Below, piece after piece: positions 50,758 to 61,418 of a DNA stretch of 64,000 nt. Source of the DNA: Ostreococcus lucimarinus (taxonomy: Eukaryota). The number at the start of each line of letters is the position of its first letter. Within the stretch, counting starts at the first letter, position 1. The notes below the pieces were generated by a model. The model saw only the letters and a list, made by a program, of their open reading frames with translations. It did not search any database and was not told the DNA's origin. Position numbers and translations under genes: made by a program. The stretch lies in assembly GCA_000092065.1 (NCBI GenBank), contig CP000588.1, one strand, 5' to 3'.

Positions 50758-51330
50758 TCATCTACCATCTAATCGCTTCTCTCGCTCGATAGTTTCTCGC
50801 TCGAACTTCATCAATATATTCGTCGTTCGTCGCCCCGACGCGTCCCCGGGGGCCTGTTCCGAGTAATAGCAGCTCACCTTGGATGGAAATCCCGCGCTTC
50901 GCAAGATTCCCCCCACCATCCCCGCCGCGAATGCTCCGCAATTCAGATCGCCGTAATCTTTTGGCACGCTCACGAATCGATTCACGAGCAAGTCCCGATC
51001 GGACAGCAGGTACTCGTCGTCGTCGTACACCTCCAACGAATCCGCCGCGCGCCCGAACGCGTTTTTCCAAAACGAGCTCTGAATGAATTGCAATAGCGGT
51101 AACAACCGATTCTCCCGCTTCCCCGGCCCGCGCTCACGGAAACTCTGCGCCTCGTACATTCGCCGTCCCACGTCCGCGCCCGCGTCCTCGAGCGCGCGTT
51201 CGAGTTCGCTCGTATCCTTGGCGCGACTCTTGTGGTACTGGACGAGTTCGGAAAATAACAGCGCGTAGGCGCTCAGCGCGACGTCACGCTTGCCTCGAGT
51301 GAGGGTTTTGGGCGTCGTCGACGCATTCAT
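50758..51330 (-). CDS. TRAPPC5: TRAPP complex subunit 5 (Trs31/TRAPPC5)
   Basis: ALLFSELVQY...FWKNAFG...FVSVPKDYGDLNCGAFAAGMV...KFERETIEREKRL is colinear with human TRAPPC5. ATG at 51330. Confidence 0.8.
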   Translation of the reverse strand: MNASTTPKTLTRGKRDVALSAYALLFSELVQYHKSRAKDTSELERALEDAGADVGRRMYEAQSFRERGPGKRENRLLPLLQFIQSSFWKNAFGRAADSLEVYDDDEYLLSDRDLLVNRFVSVPKDYGDLNCGAFAAGMVGGILRSAGFPSKVSCYYSEQAPGDASGRRTTNILMKFERETIEREKRLDGR

Positions 51331-51537
51331 CGTCGTCGACGCGCCTCGGTCGACGACGCGCGCGTCGAAGTCACGACACCACGCGTCGACGAGGACGCGG
51401 ATTCGGATTTCAGCAAAAGTCTAGGGTACAGCGCGCGCGGGACACTCCGACGCGTCGCGGGTCTGTCCGATCGAGCTCGCGCGGCCGAGCGACGCGCGCG
51501 CAATCGCACAGACCCGTGCACGCGCGTCGCCCGCATC

Positions 51538-52548
51538 ATGGGGGGCATACGAGGCAAGAGCGCGCGTAAGCGCGCCAAGATGGCGCAAAACTCGAAAACT
51601 TTCGACCGCATCTCGGGACGGTTTTACGACGAGAAAGTGGCCATGCCTTCGGGAAAGGTGAGCGAAGATGTGATGCTGAGCGCGCCGAAGTCGTTCAAGC
51701 GATTTCTCGCCGCCAAAGCCGCGGCAGAGTCGCGATCGAAGCGACGAGACCGCGTCGAAGACGACGATAGCGAAGAAGAAGAACCGGCGGCGGCCAAAGA
51801 GAGAGGCGAAGAAAAGGTCGATGACGTCGGCGAGGAGTCGTCGGAGGACGACAGGGGAGAGGCCACGAATAGAAATATCAGCGGAGAAGGAGCACTGACC
51901 TCAGTAGCGCCACTGGTGCGAGCACAACCCGATAAAGGGAACGCCACGCTGAGGGCGATGGATGAAAAAGCGGCGACGGCGGCGCGGGAGGCTGAGGCCG
52001 AGGCAAAGAAGAAAAAGAAGAAACATCTTTCTCTAAGAGAGCGGAAAAAACGGGATCGAGTGGCGTTGCGGGCGCAGAAAGAAGAAGAGGCAGAGTTCTT
52101 GCGAGGGGGTGGAAACACGGTGCGGTTTGGCGAAGTCGCCGAGGCGCCACCGACAATTACGCTCAAGCGAAAAAGCGGAGGAAAGGGGGAAAAGGAGGTT
52201 CCGATCGCGCAGAGTGGGCATAAAATAGTCGAAATTGCCGAAAATCAAACCGGAGGGAAGTCTAATAGGCAGTCGAAAATATTTGCCGACCTCTTGAGCG
52301 CTGCAAAAGGATCTTCGGCGAAGAGTAAGAAAAAGTCTGAGACACAAGGGCTCAAACGTACGGCGGATTTAGCGGCGTTGCGGGCGCAAGTGATCTCAGA
52401 TTATCGTTCGATGAAGGGTCGCCCCATGAATAACGGGCGCAACGTCAAGCTCGCGAGTAACCCGACGAAACTTTTCCAGTCTGGCGCCGGGTCTCTGCAA
52501 GGCGTCGGGGGTATCAGCGCCGCGCAACTTCGCAAGGATCGTCGATGA
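51538..52548 (+). CDS. Hypothetical K/E/R-rich nucleolar-type protein
   Basis: ATG at 51538. Basic low-complexity sequence with coiled-coil character. No domain recognised. Confidence 0.35.
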   Translation: MGGIRGKSARKRAKMAQNSKTFDRISGRFYDEKVAMPSGKVSEDVMLSAPKSFKRFLAAKAAAESRSKRRDRVEDDDSEEEEPAAAKERGEEKVDDVGEESSEDDRGEATNRNISGEGALTSVAPLVRAQPDKGNATLRAMDEKAATAAREAEAEAKKKKKKHLSLRERKKRDRVALRAQKEEEAEFLRGGGNTVRFGEVAEAPPTITLKRKSGGKGEKEVPIAQSGHKIVEIAENQTGGKSNRQSKIFADLLSAAKGSSAKSKKKSETQGLKRTADLAALRAQVISDYRSMKGRPMNNGRNVKLASNPTKLFQSGAGSLQGVGGISAAQLRKDRR

Positions 52549-52619
52549 GCCAGTTTAGTGGTATGTAGTAATAAGATTAGCATGACAAACCGTAAATTTA
52601 GTCGCAATTTAGTGAAGCT

Positions 52620-55600
52620 CTAGAAGAAATCTTGCAAGGCATCCATCACCAAGTCATTCTGTTGCAAGACTCTGACGGCGCCAACAGTCGCCTTCGCGCC
52701 AGCGATCGTCGTCACCATAGGAACCTTGAGGCCAACCGCGGTGCGACGGATCTCGCGACCATCCACCAAATCTTGAGCGTCACCAGACGAGGTGACAACC
52801 ATCAAACCAATCTCACCGTTGCGGATCATGTCACCAATATGAGGGCGGCCCTCGTGGACCTTCTTCACCTTGGTAACGGGAACGCCCGCGTTTTCTAAGT
52901 GGCTCGCCGTACCGCCGGTCGAGAGGACCGTATATTTCATGGCGACGAGGTCACGCGCTATGTCAACTATGGCATCCTTATCACCATCACGGACGGAGAT
53001 GAACACATTGCCAGAAGTTGGCAAACGTTGTCCAGCAGCGAGCTGCGCCTTGCAGTAGGCACGGCTGAAGTCCTTGTCGATGCCCATCACTTCACCGGTA
53101 CTTCTCATCTCCGGACCGAGCAACGTGTCGGCGCCCGGGAACTTATCGAACGGAAGAACCGCTTCCTTGACGGCGACGTGGTTGAGCTTCACTTCTTCCG
53201 TGAAGCCGATTTCCTTCAACGTTTTTCCCGCCATCACCAAAGAGGCATACTTCGCCAATGGGTGACCGATCGCCTTAGCAACAAACGGCACCGTACGAGA
53301 CGCACGAGGGTTTGCCTCAATAATATAAGGAGTGCCGTCCGGAGTCACGGCGTACTGAATGTTTATGAGACCAACAACTCCAAGTCGACGAGCAAGCTTA
53401 GGAGTCCATTCGCGGATAGTCGCCAAGGCAGATTCAGGGATGGTTTGGGTCGGCAAAGAGCACGCAGAGTCACCGGAGTGCACACCTGCCTGTTCGATAT
53501 GTTCCATGATCCCACCAATGACAACGTTGCCTTCCATGTCGCACAGAGCATCGCAATCAATTTCCGTCGCGTTTTGGAGGTACTTGTCAACGAGGACGGG
53601 TCGTTCCGGATCAACTTCCACCGCAGTGTTGATGTATCGCTTCAAATCGGCAGTAGAACCAACGATTTCCATCGCACGACCACCAAGAACATAAGACGGG
53701 CGAACCATGACCGGGTAACCGAGTTTTTCAGCCACCTTCAGCGCCTCTTCCTCGGAGCGAGCGACGCCGCCCGGGGGTTGAAGGATTTCAAGTTCATCCA
53801 AAATATCGATCCAACGCTCACGATCTTCAGCCGCATCGATGGAGTCCGGAGGCGTACCCAAAATCTTCGTGAAGCCGTTACCGGACGCCGCCGGAATCGG
53901 GTTCGCGTTTAGCGCGGCCTCAAGCTTCGTGGCAAGGCTCAACGGAGTTTGGCCGCCGAACTGCACGATAATGCCTTCCGGACGCTCAGTCTCGCACACG
54001 TTCAAGACATCTTCCACCGTCAAAGGTTCAAAGTACAAGCGATCAGAAGTGTCGTAGTCCGTCGACACAGTTTCTGGGTTACTGTTGAGCATAATAGTCT
54101 CAAAGCCTGCATCGGCAAGCGCGAACGCGGCGTGGCAGCAGCAGTAATCGAACTCGATACCTTGGCCAATACGGTTCGGGCCACCACCCAAAATGAGAAT
54201 CTTACGGTTGTTCGTCGGTTCGGCTTCATCATTTCCATCGTAGGAAGAGTACATATAAGGCGTGTCCGCTTGGAACTCCGCCGCGCAAGTATCGACGCGC
54301 TTCATCGACGGGACGCAGCCCTTGCCGGTGCGGGCCTTGCGGATAGTCATCTCATCCGTGCCAGGGAAAGCGACAGAGATTTGAGCGTCGCTGAAACCAC
54401 GTCTCTTGACTTCAAGCCAATCGTTTTCGCTAAGTTCATCGATCGACTTGAGCGACTTTAACCAACACTCGGTTTCGTAAAGTTCACCGAGTTGGCGAAC
54501 AAACCATGGGTCCATCGTCGTGAGGTTGATGATCTCCTTCTCCGTAAATCCAGCCAGGAACGCTTCGTGGATGGTCACAATTCTTTCAGGGTTCGGAATA
54601 GTAAGACCATCGCGAATGGCGGAGACATCACCTTGCATGAAGCCATCCTTCTTGCTGAGACCCCAACCAGAGAAGCCCGTCTCGAGAGAGCGGAACGCCT
54701 TTTGGAAGGACTCTTGCCAGGTGCGACCCATGGCCATCGCTTCACCGACGGACTTCATTTGAGTCGTGAGCACCGCCTTAGCACCCGGAAACTTCTCGAA
54801 AGCGAATCGAGGAATCTTAGTGATGACGTAATCGATCGACGGCTCAAACGACGCCGGCGTCTTGAGCGTAATATCGTTCGGGATGCCGTCGAGGGTGCAA
54901 CCGACCGCAAGCTTTGCAGCCATCTTAGCGATCGGAAAACCAGTCGCCTTGGAAGCCAAAGCAGAAGATCTAGACACGCGCGGGTTCATCTCGATAATCA
55001 TGACTTGACCATCGACTGGGTTGACAGCCATCTGCACGTTCGAACCACCGCACTCTACGCCGATCTCACGAATAATAGCAACCGAGGCATCGCGAAGACG
55101 CTGGTATTCCTTATCCGTGAGCGTCTCAGCCGGGGCAACAGTGATGGAATCACCGGTGTGCACGCCCATGGGATCGAAGTTTTCGATCGAGCACACGATG
55201 ACGACGTTGTCGGCAAGATCACGCATCACCTCGAGCTCGTACTCCTTCCAGCCGAGCAAAGATTGCTCAATCAAAACTTGGCTCGTCGCAGACGCATCGA
55301 GACCACCCTTGACGATGTTTTCAAACTCAGCCATGTTATACGCGATACCACCCCCAGAACCGCCGAGAGTGAAAGCAGGACGGATGATGAGCGGCATGGT
55401 GCCGATGTCCGCCGCGATGGTTTGCGCCTGCGCCCACGTCTCGGCTGTGCCAGACTTGGGCGTGTTCAAGCCAATCTTGTCCATCGCATCCTTAAAAAGC
55501 TGACGATCTTCAGCCTTGTTGATAGCATCAAGCTTAGCACCGATCAACTCGACGTTGTACTTGGCCAAAATCCCGGACTCCGCGAGCGCCTTGGTCAAGT

Positions 55601-56347
55601 TGAGCGCGGTTTGCCCGCCCATCGTCGGCAACAAGGCGTCCGGCTTTTCGCGCGCGATGATTTGCTCAACGCTCTCCGGCGACATCGGCGTCACATACGT
55701 GCGACTCGCCGTCTCTGGATCCGTCATAATCGTCGCCGGGTTCGAGTTCACGAGCACGACTTCGTATCCTTCGGCGCGCAACGCCTTGCACGCCTGGGTC
55801 CCAGAGTAATCAAACTCGCACGCCTACCAAAGTTCAAACTCGCACCACCGTCAGTCTTTCCGCGCCCGTGTCGAGACGACGAACGAAACACAATTAATTC
55901 TCACTAAACCGTTCGCGCCAATCCCCCGAAGCGTCGCTACCCCGCGCGTCGCTCCCTCGCGATCGCCCCCGCCGCGGTTTGAATATTTAAAAACGCGCCC
56001 GCGCTCGCGTTCGCGATCACCCCCTCCCATCCCGCGCCGTTCGCCTCTCCTCCCTCCCCGAGCGCGTCATCGCGCGCGCGCACCTGTCCGATCACGATCG
56101 GTCCCGCGCCCAGGATCATGATCTTCTTCAAGTCGGTTCTCTTTTGGCTCTTCGTCGCCTGATCCCACGCTCGAAAAACCTCGCTCTCGCCACCCATCGC
56201 GCGCGCCGCGTTCGCGACGCCGCGTTTGAGCGCGTTCGGGCGCGCGTTTCCGCGACTCGCGCGTTTCTTCTCGCGCGTGATCGAGTTTTTCCGCGCGAAC
56301 TCGCGTCGGAGCGCGACGCGCGCGGGGGCGAGCGCCATCGTCGCCAT
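52620..56347 (-). CDS. carB: Carbamoyl-phosphate synthase large subunit (CarB-type), plastid-targeted. Two exons: join(56347..56084, 55823..52620).
   Basis: Exon 1 carries the presequence plus [15 protein letters not shown]. Exon 2 starts [31 protein letters not shown] and runs through both ATP-grasp halves and the MGS domain. The 260-bp intron (55824-56083) has donor GTGCGCGC and branch GACTGACGG. Confidence 0.9.
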
Positions 56348-56430
56348 CGACGCGGCGGCGCGCAGTGCGGCGCGGCGATCGCGGCGGGGCGATCGCGGGA
56401 CGCCTGGTGGCGTGCGCGACGATGGGGCAC

Positions 56431-56540
56431 ACCGTCGGCGAGTCACGAACCGTCGACGAGTCACGAACCGTCGACGAGTCACGAACCGTCGACGAGTCAC
56501 GAACCGTCGGCGAGTCACGAACCGTCGGCGAGTCGGCGCG
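56431..56540. repeat. About 5.5 tandem copies of an 18-bp unit GAGTCACGAACCGTCGRC in the carB 5' region
   Basis: Direct reading. It produces the spurious RRRFVT and SHEPST repeats in ORF-track entries on both strands. Confidence 0.9.
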
Positions 56541-56857
56541 TCGTCCCCGCGGACGCCCGTCGCGCCGTCGGCCCGTCGCGCGCGGGGCGTCGCGCGCGCG
56601 CGACGCGCGCGCGATTCGTTCGCGGACGACGACGCGACGGCGCGACGCGCGACGCGCGAGGGGCGAACGTCGGACGCGTCGCCGGCGACGCGCGACGGAC
56701 GACGATGGCGACGCGACGCGCGCGAGCGACGACGCGACAGCCGCGCGCGAAGGACGCCGCGGCGGACGCGGCGGACGCGCGCCGGGGGAAGGGCGCGGCG
56801 TCGACGCGGGAACCGCGACGGGCGGAGCTGCGCGCGGAGAAGGCGGCGCGATGGCCG

Positions 56858-57367
56858 ATGTGCATGGCGATCGCGATCGAGAAGACGACGGTGGTGCGAG
56901 GGGTGGTCGTCGCGTGCGCGGCGGTGGCGCTGGCGGTGGCGCTGACGTTGATGGATTGGAGCGACGACGGGGCGGGGGCGTTTTTGAGAAAGATTCGATG
57001 GGCTCTGAACCCGTTGAGCGTGTTCGTGGCGTGCGAACTTAACGTTCTCATCACCGCGTTCGTGGTGTTGTTTCCGGTGACGTACGCGCAGGCGGCGATC
57101 GACGAGCGAGAGGGAGTGGAGGAGAGCGACACGCTGCGGTTGTTAAAACTGCCAGCCATCGTCGCGGAGTTCGCGGTCGGGAGCAAGGTGGCGATCGCGC
57201 GCTTGGGGGACGTCATCGTCAGAGATTTTTCGCTCTTCATGGTCGTTTACTTGTCGTTCGCTGGGTATTGGCTCGCGTTGGATGGCGATCCGATCGATAG
57301 CGGCGTCGGCGCGTCGAGCGTGCACGAAATGGAGGGCGGCGTCTCCGTGCACTCGTTGGTGCAATAG
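56858..57367 (+). CDS. Hypothetical small membrane protein (about 170 aa, 3-4 TM)
   Basis: ATG at 56858/56864. The hydrophobic helices VVVACAAVALAVALTL, VFVACELNVLITAFVVLF and FMVVYLSFAGYWLAL are codon-like, in contrast to the upstream R-rich part of the same ORF, which is spurious. Confidence 0.3.
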   Translation: MCMAIAIEKTTVVRGVVVACAAVALAVALTLMDWSDDGAGAFLRKIRWALNPLSVFVACELNVLITAFVVLFPVTYAQAAIDEREGVEESDTLRLLKLPAIVAEFAVGSKVAIARLGDVIVRDFSLFMVVYLSFAGYWLALDGDPIDSGVGASSVHEMEGGVSVHSLVQ

Positions 57368-57646
57368 ATGGACGCCGAGCGTCGACGATGAGGATCTAGT
57401 CGTACCATTAGCGTTGTATGAGATGTAATTTTTCGCGCAAATCAGCACGCTCGATTAATCATCGGTCGATCGGGTCGGCGCCGTCGCCGCACAGCGCGAC
57501 GCGGCGGCGAGCCGGTCGCGCGCATGCGCTGCGTCCTCGCATCGCAGCGCGCGAGTCAGACGGGGACATCAGTAACGCCATACCGCGTTCGTCGCACGCG
57601 CACCGCGTCTCGTATCCTCGCACGCTCGTCCTTCGGGTCCGTCGTC

Positions 57647-57934
57647 ATGAGTTCTGGCGAACACGAAATCGTTCGCTCGGGGACGTGTTTTTGCGAACAC
57701 GCCAAAGTCACGGTCACTGGATCCCCAGTGGCGGTGAGCATATGTCACTGCACGATCTGCCGCAAGCTCTGTGGGGCGCCGTTCTCCGCACAAGCGCTGT
57801 GTAAGGCGGAGCAAGTGAAGATCGAGCACGAGGGCGAACCGACGGCGACGGCTTCGAGCGCAAACGTTGATCGATGCCGGTGCGCAAAGTGTGGAAGCCC
57901 GATATACGCATCGTTGATGAAGGTACGACCGTAG
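57647..57934 (+). CDS. Gfa/CENP-V-family zinc-binding domain protein
   Basis: GTCFCEHAKV...ICHCTICRKLCGAPFS...CRCAKCGSP shows the Gfa-like cysteine pattern. ATG at 57647. Confidence 0.55.
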   Translation: MSSGEHEIVRSGTCFCEHAKVTVTGSPVAVSICHCTICRKLCGAPFSAQALCKAEQVKIEHEGEPTATASSANVDRCRCAKCGSPIYASLMKVRP

Positions 57935-58322
57935 ATTGAAAATTAGAATTCGCCACCGTCATCGCGACGAAGCCGACTGACGCGCGTCGTCGCTTGAAAA
58001 ACAGGGAAAAATGATCGCCGTACCGCTCTCCGTGCTCAATACGCGCGCGAGCGACGACTTGAAGCCGACGCATCACATGTACTACGGACAGAGAATCGTG
58101 GAATGCGCGGGGGATGGTTTGCCCAAATTTTTAAAATCCAAGGGCGAGCTCTGGACGCCCGAAAGCGACGCAATGATGTAACAACAAAGCCCAAGCCCCC
58201 GAGCCCACCCAAGCCAGAGCGAAGCGAAGCACGAAGCGACGCACCGCCGCCGTCATTCGACGCCGCTCCGCGCGCGCGCCGTCGGGAATTCGCGCGACGC
58301 GCACGGACAGAGCGCGGTAATC

Positions 58323-59701
58323 ATGGGTGGGGGTTTAGGTACGTCGTTCGTCCGTCGTCGTTTCGTTCGTTCGTTCGCGTGCGGCCGCGTGGGTGCCGCT
58401 CGAAGACGTGAGAATCGTCTCAACTTTTGCGGCGACTGACCGCGCATTTTCGTTCGTTTGCGACAGCTTTTTTGCACAAGAAATCATGGCATACCGCGGG
58501 TATGGCGGTGCAGGAAGACGTGTGGAAGCGGGAGCAGCAGGCGGAGCACGAAAAACGACGGCTGGAGGAGATGAAGAAGGAAATTGAAGACGAGCGCAAG
58601 CAGGCGGAAATGAAAGCGGAGGCGGTTGCGTCGGGTCACGTGATGAAACCAACGCAAGAACGCTTGGAATTCATGTATAAAGGACGCGTTGGGGAAGCTG
58701 CTCCGGCTCCAGTATCTGTAGACGAGCGCGTGATTGGTAAGAAGCGGTTCGAGCTCGCGGTGGAGGAAGGGGCCAACTTGGCGGCGCAGGCAGAGGAGAG
58801 GCAGGAAGAGGCGCACTCGAAGAACGAAGCCTGGAACAGACTGAATGCCGATCCGTTGTTAGTGATGAAGCAGCGCGAGTTGCAGTCAAAGCAGTACATC
58901 ACGAATAATCCGGTGAAAATGGCACAATTGAAGGATGAAAGCCGGGCTGAGAAGGAGCGGAGGCGAGCAAAAAAGGAGGCAAGACGAGACAAAAAGCGTT
59001 CGAGCAAACGCGATAAACGCAGTAGAAAATGCGACTCAAGCTCGGAGTCGAGATCTCGCAGTAGAAGTCCGAAGAGAGAGCGTCGTAGACATCGTTCGCG
59101 CTCGCCACGTCACCGTAGTAGGCGCTCGCGATCCCGTTCTCGGTCTCGCAGCAGAAGCCCGAGGCGGTCAGACAGGCGAAGTAGAGACGATCGCGACCGA
59201 CGTGATCGACGCGATTTACGAGACAGCCGTGGCTATGACGACAAGTACGATCGTAAGAGGCACCGTGATGGAATTGCTCGCGACGATGCGCACGCACAAG
59301 ATGCGTCAAAAGGATTCGGGTTGACGTATGCCCATGAAACAGCCGAGGATGCGGCGGCTATTCGGCGAGGCAAACGATCAAAATGGCGCGAAGAAGAGGC
59401 AAAACGCGCGGCAGAGCGCGCACCAGAGCCGGAATGGCGAGGTGGAAACAACGCTGGTCATAGAACGGGAAGATTGACCGCTGAAGAAAAAGCCGCGCGA
59501 CTAGCCGCAATGTCGGCGGATGCTTCAGCGCACGACGAGGCGAGGATTTCAAAACTGCGCAAGAACGTCGGAGAATTAGGTGAAGAGATGAGTTTCGTGG
59601 AGGAAGCGGCGCGAGGACCCGATAGACACCATTCAGATGCGCCTGCGTTCATCGCGAAAGCGCGTTCATCCGTGTATGGCGAGCCGTCGTCAAGACGTTA
59701 G
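58323..59701 (+). CDS. CWC25: Pre-mRNA splicing factor CWC25 with an RS/RD-rich C-terminus. Two exons: join(58323..58338, 58467..59701), with a 16-nt start micro-exon.
   Basis: Spliced N-terminus MGGGLAFLHKKSWHTAGMAVQEDVWKREQ matches Cwc25 MGGGDLNLKKSWHP...VWKAEQ. The intron 58339-58466 has donor GTACGT and branch GACTGACC. TGTAA at 59725. Confidence 0.75.
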
Positions 59702-59922
59702 TGCGTTAGCGAGCGAGGAGCACTTGTAATTTTCATGGGATTTTAGGTTGTTATTGAGAGTTGCGTGGTGCGGTCCGCTGAAAAATGCACCCTAACTCGT
59801 TCTATGTTATTGATCTACGGTAGGTCTTGTGAATGAGACGTTCGATTTCCAAGCAGCAATCATTGTACACGTTCGATGTCTCAGGCATGCGAAACTCCGA
59901 GGGAAGAATCAGAGAAAAAATT

Positions 59923-60627
59923 TTAGTACATGGCGTTCGTCGGAACTTGTTGATCGAAATTCGGAACGGCCAGCTCATCGTCCATCATGCCGTCCATGGC
60001 AGCCCAATTCTCCGAGAATATGTCTCCCCAGAAATTGTTCTCATCCGCCGTGGATTTCTCCATGTGCTTGCGACCCTCCTCCTCGCCGAGCAAGCCTGTC
60101 ATGAAGTTCTCGAACACTCCCGGCGCCAAATCATCGATTGACGGCACGGTTGCGTCTTCAGAAGGCACAGATGCCTTCTGTTGTCTGTTGTACTTTCTCT
60201 GTGATGGTAAAAAACCGTAAAAAATAGTCAGTCTCTGAGTTCTCATTCGCCGCCTCATATGGACAAGTGAAGATAAACGACGCACCTTTCTCCCAACCTC
60301 CTCTTGCTCAAACTGCGGCACCGTGTGCTCGGCGGCGCTATCACTCGGAGACATTCTTGTCCCAGCTTCTTCACCCGCGCCCATCGCCTCGAGCTCGACT
60401 CTGGTGTTCGCGAACAAAAATCTCTGATGCTTCCTGGACGTCGCGTTCGCCTCGTGAATGCTCACGTCGCACACGCGGCACAAAAACGCCCGGTCCTCGT
60501 GACAAATCACGTACGCCGGATTCATTTGGCACACATCGCACGAAAGTTCGTCCGAGCCATTCCCACTCGCTTGTCTCAATCCGACGCGTTGCGTCGTCGA
60601 TCGTCCACTGCCGCGCTTCGCCGTTTG
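59923..60627 (-). CDS. Plant-type B-box zinc-finger protein (BBX/CONSTANS-like). The 5' exon is unresolved.
   Basis: CDVCQMNPAYVICHEDRAFLCRVCDVSIHEANATSRKHQRF is the CX2CX8CX7CX2CX4HX8H B-box. There is no ATG upstream of the finger in this exon. An acceptor (branch GACTGACC plus CAG at about 60628) marks the exon 2 boundary. Confidence 0.65.
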   Translation of the reverse strand, partial: QTAKRGSGRSTTQRVGLRQASGNGSDELSCDVCQMNPAYVICHEDRAFLCRVCDVSIHEANATSRKHQRFLFANTRVELEAMGAGEEAGTRMSPSDSAAEHTVPQFEQEEVGRKVRRLSSLVHMRRRMRTQRLTIFYGFLPSQRKYNRQQKASVPSEDATVPSIDDLAPGVFENFMTGLLGEEEGRKHMEKSTADENNFWGDIFSENWAAMDGMMDDELAVPNFDQQVPTNAMY

Positions 60628-61418
60628 CCTGTTCGCTCGAAATAATCACCGCGGTCAGTCCAAGGCTCGTTGTGCGGCGGTAATCCAGCGCCACGCGCCG
60701 CGCTGATTATCCGCGCTTTTCCATCGCCGCGCATCGCCGTTCGCGTCGGATTCGCGCGCGGACGGTGGAGAGAATTTACGCGCATCGATCGCCCCGCGCG
60801 CGCGTCCACGCCCGCGCGCGCGCGCGCCGCGACGCGCGCGCCAACCCTCACCCAACCCATGGGTGCCTCGCGACCGCGGCGTTCGAATCCGCGACGCATC
60901 GCGCGCGTGCGCACCTCGTATCGCACCGCGCGCACGCGCACAGCGCGACGCCGGTTTGGGATTCCACGCGCACGACCGCCGCAGGGGCTTCCGCGCACGT
61001 TCCGCACATCACGTCCGGCATGACGCGCGAAAGATCGTTCGAAGTCGTCCGCGGACGGCTTTGCGTGTGCCGAAGTGCCGCGCGCGGTCGCGCGGCGTCG
61101 CGTCGCGTCCCGCGCGCGCTTCGTCGAGTCATGATCGGTCGATCGACCCACTCGAAAACCCACACTGAATCCGATCCCAAACGAGCGGCCGACGCGTTCC
61201 CGCGCGTTAGCGTTGATGGATAAGAATATACAGGGGGGACACGCGTTGAGTCACGATCGGCCGAACGACGCGCGGGAAAAAACTTTTTCCAAAAAAGGCG
61301 GCGCGAGGTCGTTAAATACGCGGGAAAAAGACGTTGGACTGTTGGAAAAGCGAAGCGCGACGGCGCGGTCGGTCGGTCGGTTGGGAGGGCGGCCGTCGTT
61401 GCAGAGACAAGGTTCTAT

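Noticed and set aside
55937-56518. N-terminal MTRRRFVTRRRFVT... portion of the carB exon 1 ORF, and + strand ORFs 56144..57367 and 56226..56945 upstream parts
   Set aside because: These are produced by the 18-bp tandem repeat upstream of the genuine carB ATG at 56347. Only the 3' hydrophobic part of 56144..57367 looks protein-like.
60860-60900. tRNA-like T-arm string GTTCGAATCC
   Set aside because: The flanking bases cannot form the T-stem or a cloverleaf, and there is no A/B box spacing. No tRNA or rRNA could be supported anywhere in the window.
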